A stretch of DNA of 64,000 nucleotides, from contig PBSN01000004.1 of NCBI GenBank assembly GCA_002726235.1, positions 37,279 through 101,278 of the forward strand, given 5' to 3'. Shown here piece after piece: positions 55,512-64,000 of the stretch. The stretch comes from Nitrospiraceae bacterium (GTDB lineage: Bacteria; Nitrospirota; Nitrospiria; Nitrospirales; UBA2166). The translations under genes and the position numbers were made by a program. Position 1 is the first letter of the stretch. Each line of letters opens with the position of its first letter. The notes beneath the pieces were generated by a model, which did not search any database, was not told where the DNA came from, and worked only from the letters and a program-made list of their open reading frames with translations.

Positions 55512-58229
55512 TTGAAGGGAAATATTCCGACTGCTGTGTTCGAGGTTGTTTCTCGGAGCGCAAACCAGACAGCCATGCAGGTGTTCAAAGGGGCTCTTTG
55601 TGATGTCTGGACGTTTCAGGACGTTGGAAACACCGTAAAAAAGTTTGCTGCAGCACTCCGATTTATGGGCATCGGCACAGGTGACCGAGTTGTCATTCTC
55701 GCCGAAAATCGGCCGGAATGGGGTATTGCCTATCTTGGGGTGGTAACGATCGGCGCAACAGTCGTTCCATTTGATGTCCAATATACCTCCGATGAAGTTA
55801 AGACGTTGATTCAGGATTGTGAACCGCATACGATCATCGTGACTGCTCAGACCTACTCTCTGCTTCCTGCACGGGAGGAGAAGCAGTGCGTTATCACCTT
55901 AGATGAGCCAGTTGATTCCTTGGACATTGGGTTCCGTGACTGTATTGCAAAGTATGGTATTGCTGTCGAGCATGTGAGTAACTTTTCTCGTACCATCCCA
56001 CCCGATACTGTTGCCTCACTGTTATACACGTCGGGGACAACTGGAACTCCAAAGGGGGTGCTTCTCTCGCACGAAAATCTTCTTTCCAATGCTGGGGCGA
56101 TCAAGGCGGCTGGCTTGGCAACAGGTAGCGACAATATTTTATCTATTTTGCCGCTTCACCATGCTTATCCATTTATGGTCTCGTTTTTGATCCCCATTCT
56201 TTTAGGCGCACGAATCACCTTTCTTCAGACACTCAAAGGGCCTGAGCTTCTGGCGTGTGTGCGAGAGGCCGAGGTTTCCATTGTTGTTGGCGTTCCGCAG
56301 GTCTACGCACAGTTTTATCGTGCCATGGCGAATGAGTTGGAAGCGCAACCCGAAGCAGTTCAGAAGGTGGCTGCAGTGTTGATGGGATGCTCAGGTTTTG
56401 TGCGTGATTGGACGAATTTGAATATCGGCAAAGCAATTTTTCCTGCAGCGCACAAACGGTTTGGACCTACACTTCGTCTTTTGATTTCTGGTGGTGCGAG
56501 GTTAGATCTCACTGTTGCTCGATTTCTATATCGCATGGGGTTTACTATTTTGGAGGGGTACGGGTTGAGTGAAACCGCGCCGATTCTTACATTCAATCCG
56601 CTCGCAAAACAAAAGATTGGGTCGGTCGGACGGTCGATGATGAATGTTGATCTTCAGATTGCCGAATCGGATGAGAAGGGGATTGGGGAGGTCACAGCGC
56701 GTGGTCCGAATGTGATGCTCGGTTATTTCAAAAACGACCACGCAACGACTGAGATGATTCACGATGGAGTGTTGTGGACAGGGGATCTTGGCTACTTTGA
56801 TCAAGACGGGTATCTGTTTTTGACCGGGCGGAAGAAGGAACTGATTGTCTTGGCTGGGGGCAAGAACGTCTATCCCGATGATGTCGAATCCGTGTACCGT
56901 TTGAGTCCTGCCATTTCCGATATCTGTGTTGTTGGGGTAGAACACTCAGAAGAGGGTGGTGAAGCATTGCATGCCGTGGTGTACCCAAACTTTTCGTACT
57001 TCAAGGAGAACAAAATAGGCAATGTTGAAGAATTTATACGTAGCGACTTGCACGGTCTGTCTGGGCGACTGGCGTCGTATAAGCAAGTCAGTGGGTTAAC
57101 CGTCGTTACAGAACCACTTCCGAGAACGCGACTTGGCAAGTTGCAGCGTCATCGTGTGAGGGCGATGATTGATTCAGCCCCCACAGGGGTCGCCCCTTTG
57201 AAATTGAGTGTTGGCGATGAGGCGATGATGAGTATGGAACCTGCTATCAGCATCGTATCGGCACTGCGGGATGTGCTTGGAAAGGGACGTTCGATTCGCC
57301 TCGATGATCATCTCGGGTTAGATCTGGGCATTGACTCGCTTCGGCGTGTTGAGATGGTGGTAGCGCTTGAGCGGAAATTTGGGCCGTTGCCGGAGTCGTT
57401 TGGTGCTGAGGTGGCAACCATGCGAGATATCATCGCGCGGATTACAGACCTTCGACTGGCAGGAACATCCACGGAATTATGGGTGGATGCTCGAGGCGAA
57501 AACCTGCGGTCGTGGGCTGATATTCTCAAGAACAATACGTTTGAGGTGGATCGGTTGCCACCACATGCGCATCTCATTTCGTGGCAGCATCGTCTGCAAA
57601 TTTGGTTCGGATGCGGGTTGTTATATCTCGTCGCTCGAGTAGGGTTTCGTGTATCAGTCTCAGGCGTTGCTCACATTCCTCCACGTGGCCCCTGTCTTCT
57701 CGCGGCAAATCATGCCAGTTTTATGGATGCGTTTGTCGTCTGCGGCGTCGTGCCGTATGTCGTATTTGAGCGACTGTTTTTCTTCGGGTTGGAACAATAT
57801 TTCAGGACTCGTTTTACGGCCTGGTTTGCGAGGGGAGCACATATTGTTTCAGTCGATGCGGAAAAACATCTTGTCAATGCGATGCAAACAACTGCTGCAT
57901 TACTGCGACGAGGAAAAATGGTCATGATCTTTCCAGAGGGGTGTCGAACCCTTGATGGGTCGCTGCTCCCATTTCGAAATGGGATAGGTGTATTGGCGGC
58001 TGAACTTGGTGTTCCGATCGTGCCGGTGTGGATTCATGGCACCTATGAGGCTTGGCCGGTAGGCCAACTGCTTCCGCGGTTTGGCAAGGTTGCCGTCAGT
58101 TTTGGAAAGCCCGTTAAGATTAATGCAGATGAACGCAAAGAATGGAGATTCCAAGGATGGGATGAATATGAACTTGCGACACAGAAAATTCGAGAGGCCG
58201 TTGTGGAATTGTCATGCGATCGATCGTAG
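55512..58229 (+). CDS. Tri-domain acyl-AMP ligase / carrier (PP-binding) / lysophospholipid acyltransferase (PlsC-type) fusion
   Basis: AMP-binding motif LLYTSGTTGTPKGVLLSH. Carrier-domain motif LGLDLGIDSLRRVEMV (Ser codon 57336-57338). Acyltransferase motifs NHASFMDAF (His codon 57711-57713) and IFPEGCRT. GGAGGG lies 5 nt upstream of the TTG start at 55512. Confidence 0.8.
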   Translation: MKGNIPTAVFEVVSRSANQTAMQVFKGALCDVWTFQDVGNTVKKFAAALRFMGIGTGDRVVILAENRPEWGIAYLGVVTIGATVVPFDVQYTSDEVKTLIQDCEPHTIIVTAQTYSLLPAREEKQCVITLDEPVDSLDIGFRDCIAKYGIAVEHVSNFSRTIPPDTVASLLYTSGTTGTPKGVLLSHENLLSNAGAIKAAGLATGSDNILSILPLHHAYPFMVSFLIPILLGARITFLQTLKGPELLACVREAEVSIVVGVPQVYAQFYRAMANELEAQPEAVQKVAAVLMGCSGFVRDWTNLNIGKAIFPAAHKRFGPTLRLLISGGARLDLTVARFLYRMGFTILEGYGLSETAPILTFNPLAKQKIGSVGRSMMNVDLQIAESDEKGIGEVTARGPNVMLGYFKNDHATTEMIHDGVLWTGDLGYFDQDGYLFLTGRKKELIVLAGGKNVYPDDVESVYRLSPAISDICVVGVEHSEEGGEALHAVVYPNFSYFKENKIGNVEEFIRSDLHGLSGRLASYKQVSGLTVVTEPLPRTRLGKLQRHRVRAMIDSAPTGVAPLKLSVGDEAMMSMEPAISIVSALRDVLGKGRSIRLDDHLGLDLGIDSLRRVEMVVALERKFGPLPESFGAEVATMRDIIARITDLRLAGTSTELWVDARGENLRSWADILKNNTFEVDRLPPHAHLISWQHRLQIWFGCGLLYLVARVGFRVSVSGVAHIPPRGPCLLAANHASFMDAFVVCGVVPYVVFERLFFFGLEQYFRTRFTAWFARGAHIVSVDAEKHLVNAMQTTAALLRRGKMVMIFPEGCRTLDGSLLPFRNGIGVLAAELGVPIVPVWIHGTYEAWPVGQLLPRFGKVAVSFGKPVKINADERKEWRFQGWDEYELATQKIREAVVELSCDRS

Positions 58230-58498
58230 AACAAGAACCGAACAAAATTCTGACTATCCTTAGCGAAATTGCGTTAAGGGGAAAAGGGGCGACGACGGAG
58301 TGTTTGCTTGATGAGGTACTGGATGCTGGGTTGACCGCGCCAACATATTTTCAGGCAGAAGGGGAAGATTCCGATGCGTCATATCTGGGCCAATCGCCCG
58401 CATGGGCTAAATATCATATTCGTGAATGGAAAAGGGTAGTCACGGTCTATAAAGGCGGTCAATCCGAATGGCGACTGCAAACAACTGAAACGCCGTAA
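58214..58498 (+). CDS. Hypothetical 94-aa protein
   Basis: ATG start overlapping the upstream gene by 16 nt. No motif recognised. A coding call by position only. Confidence 0.35.
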   Translation: MRSIVEQEPNKILTILSEIALRGKGATTECLLDEVLDAGLTAPTYFQAEGEDSDASYLGQSPAWAKYHIREWKRVVTVYKGGQSEWRLQTTETP

Positions 58499-58633
58499 AT
58501 AGATTACCGTTCTCTTCTCAGAGTTAGACATTCTCCAGAGAGATCTCAATCTTCCCATGATTTACCGGATACCGGGACGTGAGGGATAGTGAGATGCAAG
58601 ATGAATCGACAACGTGACGGATCATGAATATTG

Positions 58634-59263
58634 TCAGGTATTGTTCAGGAGGGGTTGAAATTCATCGATCAATTTTGGTGTTGTTTGGAATTGGAAGGCA
58701 TGAATGCCAAGTTGTGCTGCCGCGTTCACGAATTCGATTCTGTCGTCGACGTACCAGACCGACTCGGCAGGTACATTCCCAAGATTCAGGGCATGTTCAT
58801 AGATGGCTCTCTCGGGTTTTCGAGAGCGTACCTTATAAGAGAGAATGGCGGTTTTCACATTCTTGATTACGGGGAAGGTGGCCTGTAAGCATTCGAAGTG
58901 CATCTCGTTGGTGTTTGAAAGTAAGAAGAGGCGGTATCGTTCTCCCAAGTGATTGACGAGGGATGAGACCTCGGCGTTCTCGCGAAAGCAGGAATTCCAG
59001 GCTTCGCGAAACGTCTCAAAATCCATTGTGAGATGGTAGGTGGACACCATCTGTTTATAAAATTCCTCGGATGAGATTTTTCCTGTGTCATAGTCATTGA
59101 TCAGGATGGTACTGACCGATTTGAGTGCAGATAGTACTTCGGCCTGATCTGTATAGCGAGGATCTTTAGATGATTGGGCGAGGCGTGTTGCGATTTCGAG
59201 ATGATCAACATCGATGATCACGCTCCCAATGTCGAAGAGAATCAGGCTAGGCAGTTTAGGCAT
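58634..59263 (-). CDS. HAD-superfamily hydrolase (subfamily IA type)
   Basis: Motif I LILFDIGSVIIDVD, motif II LLSNTN, motif IV VWYVDDRIEFV. 209 aa. Confidence 0.75.
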   Translation of the reverse strand: MPKLPSLILFDIGSVIIDVDHLEIATRLAQSSKDPRYTDQAEVLSALKSVSTILINDYDTGKISSEEFYKQMVSTYHLTMDFETFREAWNSCFRENAEVSSLVNHLGERYRLFLLSNTNEMHFECLQATFPVIKNVKTAILSYKVRSRKPERAIYEHALNLGNVPAESVWYVDDRIEFVNAAAQLGIHAFQFQTTPKLIDEFQPLLNNT

Positions 59264-59569
59264 CGGCTCAGTCTACTGTGCGGGCATGGTCACGTCAAAA
59301 TTGTGAGTCTCGCCGTAGGTGCTTTCCTTTTGCCTCATGGCAGGGTTGTGGTGCTACTCGAAGAATCCTCACGTATGGCCACTCTCAGTGGTGTATTTTT
59401 CGCTCTTGCCCTGAGAAAAAAATGAAGCAACCTGAGTAGTTGAAGCTGGATAGCTTATGCCCTCTTCTCGCGCATTTCCATGTTTCTCTGCATCCCTATC
59501 TGTTTCTTGACTTCGTAAAAGACCTACTTCTAGAATAGCCCTTCTGAGATTTCCTCTGGAATAGAAATC

Positions 59570-60886
59570 ATGACATCGCAAATTGTGGTAATTGGAGGCG
59601 GCTTGGCCGGCTCCGAAGCGGCATGGCAGGTGGCTAAGCGGGGCATTCCCGTAATCTTGTACGAAATGCGGCCGACAGCCAATACTCCGGCACATGCGTC
59701 GGATAAGCTGGCGGAGTTGGTGTGTAGCAACTCGTTTGGGTCTGAGGATATCCTGAATGCCTCTGGCATCTTGAAGGAAGAAATGCGTCGGCTCGATTCG
59801 TTGATCGTAAAAACAGCGGATATGTGTCGAGTCCCCGCCGGATCGGCATTGGCAGTGGATCGCGAGAAATTCTCGGGCCACATTACGGAAACGCTTGAAG
59901 CTCATCCTCATGTGATGGTGAGGCGAGAGGAGGTTACGCAAATTCCGACCGATCGGATTTCAATTATTGCCTCAGGTCCATTGACATCAGATCGTTTGGC
60001 GAACTCGATCAAAGAACTCACGCTGGCACAGCACCTCGCATTTTTTGATGCGATCTCTCCGATCGTCGATGCGGAAACGATTGAGTATGAGACGGTGTTT
60101 CGGGCGTCTCGGTATGGTAAGGGCGGGGCTGATTATCTAAATTGCCCGATGGAGAAGGATGAATACGATCGGTTTTATGATGCTTTGATTGCGTCGGAAA
60201 AGGTCGCCCTAAAAGATTTCGAAAATCTCGCGTATTTTGAAGGATGTATTCCTGTCGAGGTGATGGCAGAACGCGGGCGAGAGACACTTCTGTTTGGTCC
60301 GATGAAGCCTGTTGGTTTAGTCAATCCGCAAACGAACGGTATGTCTCATGCGGTGGTCCAGTTGCGGCAAGAGAATAAGTATGGGTCGTCCTACAACATG
60401 GTAGGATTTCAAACTAAACTAACCTATTCGGAGCAGCGGCGGGTATTTCGTATGATTCCGGGGTTGGAGAAGGCGGAGTTTTTACGGTATGGTAGCGTTC
60501 ATCGAAATACGTTCATTAATGCCCCTGCCTTGATGCGTGATACTCTTCAGGTGAAAATGAATGGGGCGATTTTTTTCGCTGGACAACTGACGGGTGTTGA
60601 GGGATATCTAGACTCTGCCGCGACTGGTTTGATTGCAGGGATCAACGCAGCCCGAGGATTTGAAGGGAAACCGCTTGTGAGACTTCCGGAAACCACGGCG
60701 CATGGGTCACTGATTGCACATATCACTCAAAGTGATCCGCACAATTTTCAACCGATGAACACAAATTTTGGTTTATTTCCACCACTGCCGATGAAGGTTC
60801 GAGAGAAAGACCAGAAACGACGCATGATTGGGAAACGCGCGCTGGAGGATCTTGAAAAGTGGATGATGCAATCCCGCGTTTCCTAA
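59570..60886 (+). CDS. trmFO: Methylenetetrahydrofolate--tRNA-(uracil54-C5)-methyltransferase
   Basis: VVIGGGLAGSEAAWQVAKRGIPVILYEMRP...AELVCSNS...FFAGQLTGVEGY. 438 aa. Confidence 0.9.
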   Translation: MTSQIVVIGGGLAGSEAAWQVAKRGIPVILYEMRPTANTPAHASDKLAELVCSNSFGSEDILNASGILKEEMRRLDSLIVKTADMCRVPAGSALAVDREKFSGHITETLEAHPHVMVRREEVTQIPTDRISIIASGPLTSDRLANSIKELTLAQHLAFFDAISPIVDAETIEYETVFRASRYGKGGADYLNCPMEKDEYDRFYDALIASEKVALKDFENLAYFEGCIPVEVMAERGRETLLFGPMKPVGLVNPQTNGMSHAVVQLRQENKYGSSYNMVGFQTKLTYSEQRRVFRMIPGLEKAEFLRYGSVHRNTFINAPALMRDTLQVKMNGAIFFAGQLTGVEGYLDSAATGLIAGINAARGFEGKPLVRLPETTAHGSLIAHITQSDPHNFQPMNTNFGLFPPLPMKVREKDQKRRMIGKRALEDLEKWMMQSRVS

Positions 60887-61791
60887 ATCATCTCAAGGTC
60901 GAGCGGGACGTGTCGCCACACACAATTCGAAACTATGGCATCGACCTTCGGCAATTCCAAGCGTTTGTCGCCGCAACAATAGGAGAGTGTTCGCCGACGG
61001 GGATTGATGCAGCTATGATTCGCACCTTCTTGGCGGGGCTAAGGACCAAGGGCGTGAAAGCGTCTTCAATCGCTCGAAAGCTCGCCACGTTGCGCAGTTT
61101 GTTTTACTATTTGGGGAGAGAAGGAGTTGTGCAGGTGAACCCCGCCGCCTCGGTGTCGTCGCCAAAACAGGCAAAGCGCCTTCCTCGATTTCTCACTCAG
61201 GAGGAAGCCTGCCGTTTGGTTGAACAGCCTTCGGCGTTACCGGCACGGTTTGGTCTTCGAGATCGTGCGATTTTGGAGACGTTGTATTCGACAGGGATTC
61301 GCGTCTCCGAACTGGCCGCATTGTCGATCGAAGATGGCCTCCTCCCTGACGGCCTTATTAAGGTGTTAGGAAAAGGACGAAAGGAGCGGGTGGTGCCTAT
61401 CGGATTGCACGCGACGGAAGCGATCATCGCGTATCTTGAATCGCTTCCTCCTCGTCCAAAATCAACTGCACAGTCATCTCCGCATGTTCGAACGCCTTTG
61501 TTTCGTAACCGGTTTGGGAAACGACTGTCCGTTCGAAGTGTTGAACGCGTCGTTGAAAAATGGAGCCGTCAACTTGCTGACATTCCTTCTATCAGTCCAC
61601 ATGCCCTTAGGCACTCGTTCGCCACTCATCTTCTTGATGGTGGAGCAGATCTTCGATCGATTCAAGAATTGCTTGGGCACGAACGCCTTTCCACCACACA
61701 ACGGTATACGCATGTTGCCACTCAGCGGCTAATGGAGGCATATGATAGTGCTCACCCGCGTGCGAAGAAGTCGAAAAGTTCATTGCCTTAA
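60859..61791 (+). CDS. xerC: Tyrosine recombinase XerC/CodV type
   Basis: N-terminal core-binding domain (FLNHLKVERDVSPHTIRNY). Catalytic R...HALRHSFATHLL...LGH...TTQRYTH. Sits between trmFO and hslV, as B. subtilis codV does. Confidence 0.85.
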   Translation: MDDAIPRFLNHLKVERDVSPHTIRNYGIDLRQFQAFVAATIGECSPTGIDAAMIRTFLAGLRTKGVKASSIARKLATLRSLFYYLGREGVVQVNPAASVSSPKQAKRLPRFLTQEEACRLVEQPSALPARFGLRDRAILETLYSTGIRVSELAALSIEDGLLPDGLIKVLGKGRKERVVPIGLHATEAIIAYLESLPPRPKSTAQSSPHVRTPLFRNRFGKRLSVRSVERVVEKWSRQLADIPSISPHALRHSFATHLLDGGADLRSIQELLGHERLSTTQRYTHVATQRLMEAYDSAHPRAKKSKSSLP

Positions 61792-61803
61792 TGGAGTAAT
61801 AAC

Positions 61804-62409
61804 ATGACCGAAGGATTTGGTATGCGACGCAAGGTAAACAGAATTCATGAGCGGCTTGTTCCGCTTGACCGTGCGAAAGTCAGGAGCACAACCATTTTGT
61901 GTGTGCGGCGCCAGGATCAGGTCGCCATTGCTTCGGATGGTCAAGTTACCGTTGGAAATACCATTATGAAAAGCAATGCCCGCAAGCTTCGACGTATTTA
62001 CCATGACCGGATTCTTGCCGGATTTGCCGGGGCTACCGCGGATGCACTGACGCTATTTGAGAAATTTGAGCAGCGGGTGGAAGAATATCGCGGGAATCTA
62101 GCTCGAGCGGCAGTTGAGATGGCCAAGGATTGGCGAACTGATCGTGTACTGCGTCGCTTGGAGGCATTGATGGCTGTTGCAGACCAACGTTCCTCCTTCA
62201 TTATTACGGGTACTGGAGACGTCGTTGAGCCTGAGGATGGGGTTATCGCGATTGGATCGGGGGGTGGCTATGCATTGGCTGCGGCTCGAGCGTTGATCTC
62301 AAAAACTGATTTAGGCTTGCGTGAGATCGTAATCGAGGCCATGAAAGTTGCAGCTGGGATTGATATTTATACCAATGAAGCTATTCAGATCGAAGAGTTG
62401 ACATCGTGA
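61804..62409 (+). CDS. hslV: ATP-dependent protease subunit HslV with N-terminal extension
   Basis: [38 protein letters not shown] aligns with E. coli [38 protein letters not shown]. GGAG lies 7 nt upstream of the ATG at 61804. There is no in-frame start codon adjacent to the catalytic Thr. Confidence 0.9.
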   Translation: MTEGFGMRRKVNRIHERLVPLDRAKVRSTTILCVRRQDQVAIASDGQVTVGNTIMKSNARKLRRIYHDRILAGFAGATADALTLFEKFEQRVEEYRGNLARAAVEMAKDWRTDRVLRRLEALMAVADQRSSFIITGTGDVVEPEDGVIAIGSGGGYALAAARALISKTDLGLREIVIEAMKVAAGIDIYTNEAIQIEELTS

Positions 62410-63818
62410 AGAGTGTCGAAACGCCGCAATCTCTACCAACACCTGAAACCTTGGAATCGTTGACCCCACGGCAAATTGTTGTTGAGCTTGATCGATATGT
62501 GGTAGGGCAACGCAATGCAAAACGGATGGTTGCGATCGCGCTGCGAACTCGCTGGCGCATGCAACGACTTCCAGAGCATCTCCAAAATGACATCATTCCA
62601 AAGAACATCATCATGATTGGACCGACGGGTGTGGGGAAGACCGAGATTTCGCGACGGCTTGCGAAGCTTTCCGGGGCACCATTTCTCAAAGTCGAAGCGT
62701 CAAAGTTTACCGAGGTTGGATATGTCGGTCGTGATGTCGAGTCGCTAGTTCGTGATCTTACTGAATTGTCGGTCAACATTGTCAAGGCTGAACATCATGA
62801 GCAGGTTCAGGAAAAAGCTAAGTCCTATGGCGAAGAACGGCTGTTGGATCTTATGTTGCCTCCGCCCACCGCGCGACCAACTCTGGAGCCTCAACACGAT
62901 GGTGAGAATGGACAAGAAGAAGCTTCTCCTACCGATTCGTATATGCAGACGCGAGAGAAGCTTCGTGCGCAGCTTTTGGCGGGGAAGCTTGATGCCCGAA
63001 ACGTTGAGATTGAAACGAAGGAGAAATCTATTCCAATCGGTGTAATTTCCAATGTTGGGATGGAGGAAATCGAATCGAATCTTCGTGAAGCATTGGGTGG
63101 GCTCTTTCCGGCGAAGAGAAAAAAACGAACGATGAGAATCGATGATGCTCTCAAGACACTGATTCAAGAAGAAGCCCAAAAGCTTATTGATATGGATGAA
63201 GTGGTTCGGTTAGCAGTGCATAAAGTTGAGCAGACTGGCATCGTGTTCCTGGATGAAATTGACAAAATTGCTGGGAAGGAGCGTTCCTCCGGCCCTGATG
63301 TCTCGCGTGAGGGAGTCCAACGCGATCTGTTGCCTATCGTCGAAGGCTGTGCTGTTAGCACGAAATACGGCATTGTTAAGACCGACCACATTTTGTTCAT
63401 TGCGGCTGGGGCATTTCATGTGGCTAAGCCGTCTGACTTGATTCCTGAACTTCAAGGCCGGTTTCCGATTCGTGTGGAACTTGAAGCGCTGTCAAAAGAT
63501 GACTTTGTGCGTATTTTGACCGAACCTAATAATGCTCTGATTACGCAATATTGCGCACTCATCGGAGCAGAAGGAGTTGCCCTCCAATTCACCGACGATG
63601 CCGTAAAAGAGATTGCCGAAATTGCGGTATTAGTGAATGAGCGGAGCGAGAATATTGGAGCCAGGCGATTGTTTACCATTCTTGAGCTCCTGTTGGATGA
63701 GGTTTCCTTTGAGGCTCCAGATCTCATCGAAAAAATGCTTTCGATCGATGTGGCCTATGTTCGAGATCGACTTAAGGATATCGTAAAAGATGAGGATTTG
63801 AGTCGATATATCCTCTAG
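62406..63818 (+). CDS. hslU: ATP-dependent protease ATPase subunit HslU
   Basis: [33 protein letters not shown] and Walker [16 protein letters not shown]. 470 aa. Overlaps the hslV stop. Confidence 0.95.
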   Translation: MKSVETPQSLPTPETLESLTPRQIVVELDRYVVGQRNAKRMVAIALRTRWRMQRLPEHLQNDIIPKNIIMIGPTGVGKTEISRRLAKLSGAPFLKVEASKFTEVGYVGRDVESLVRDLTELSVNIVKAEHHEQVQEKAKSYGEERLLDLMLPPPTARPTLEPQHDGENGQEEASPTDSYMQTREKLRAQLLAGKLDARNVEIETKEKSIPIGVISNVGMEEIESNLREALGGLFPAKRKKRTMRIDDALKTLIQEEAQKLIDMDEVVRLAVHKVEQTGIVFLDEIDKIAGKERSSGPDVSREGVQRDLLPIVEGCAVSTKYGIVKTDHILFIAAGAFHVAKPSDLIPELQGRFPIRVELEALSKDDFVRILTEPNNALITQYCALIGAEGVALQFTDDAVKEIAEIAVLVNERSENIGARRLFTILELLLDEVSFEAPDLIEKMLSIDVAYVRDRLKDIVKDEDLSRYIL

Positions 63819-63926
63819 TATTTGTCTGGGGTGGGGGTGCTTTGGAAGCAAGGGAAGAACTCTGGCCTCACCCTTCTTTATTTAACCAAATCATGACCAG
63901 CGGTCCTTGAATTTCGGGAATTTTCA

Positions 63927-64000
63927 ATGGAGTCTCTCATCAAAAAAGCCGACACGCTTATCGAGGCTTTGCCGTATATCAAGGAGTTTTCGGGTAAAAC
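63927..64000 (+). CDS. argB: Acetylglutamate kinase, N-terminal fragment (runs off the window)
   Basis: ATG at 63927 translates to MESLIKKADTLIEALPYIKEFSGK, matching the ArgB N-terminal LIEALPYI..F.GK motif. It is absent from the ORF track because no stop is reached. Confidence 0.7.
   Translation, partial: MESLIKKADTLIEALPYIKEFSGK

Noticed and set aside
60859-61791. Tyrosine recombinase considered as a mobile-element integrase.
   Set aside because: It sits in the conserved trmFO(gid)-xerC/codV-hslV-hslU arrangement known from Bacillus. It has Xer-type motifs and no flanking mobile-element genes. It is a housekeeping recombinase.
1-64000. Whole-window scan for CRISPR arrays, rRNA, tmRNA, RNase P RNA, additional tRNAs and IS inverted repeats.
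   Set aside because: I found no regularly spaced repeats and no hallmark motifs (e.g. the RNase P GAGGAAAGTCC, or further GTTCGAATC T-loops in a tRNA context) by eye. A covariance-model scan would be needed to be definitive.

Overview
Gene-dense chromosomal window with about 60 supportable features, moderate GC by eye, and no rRNA, CRISPR array, IS element or prophage seen. Most of it is housekeeping. Plus-strand housekeeping blocks: rnhB plus a decayed yraN remnant; ftsE-ftsX-envC-like-ctp; ispA; the Bacillus-like trmFO(gid)-xerC-hslV-hslU string; and the start of argB. Minus-strand housekeeping blocks: thiE; aroQ-efp-accB-accC; argC-argJ; rplM-rpsI; and a long co-directional run glyQ-glyS-cysK/M-ppdK-ribD-MFS. 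There is one tRNA-Arg(ACG). The metabolic centrepiece is a co-directional reductive-TCA cluster, aclB-aclA-aconitase-monomeric icd-sucC-sucD (12397-22226), which ends in a bidirectional hairpin terminator. Because the cluster uses ATP-citrate lyase, I infer an autotroph of the Nitrospirota/Nitrospira type; this is inference only. The least explainable part is the ~7.5 kb directly downstream of the rTCA operon (22362-29828, minus strand). It holds (a) a four-gene operon of membrane proteins I cannot assign to any family, one with an FN3-like ectodomain, and (b) a translationally coupled three-gene operon. That three-gene operon is built around a 600-aa GlmL/MutL-like ASKHA ATPase with no mutase partner, flanked by a 118-aa protein and a 378-aa barrel-sandwich/KOW-like protein. 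These two modules are my best candidates for an undescribed system. Smaller oddities: a CxxC...CxxC zinc-ribbon insertion and basic tails in PPDK; an HslV with a 22-28 aa pro-region; an orphan GroES-like gene; an acyl-AMP ligase-carrier-acyltransferase fusion; tandem BFN nuclease paralogs; and a Sel1-repeat paralog pair next to the tRNA. All calls come from reading the translations and sequence by eye; no database search was run.
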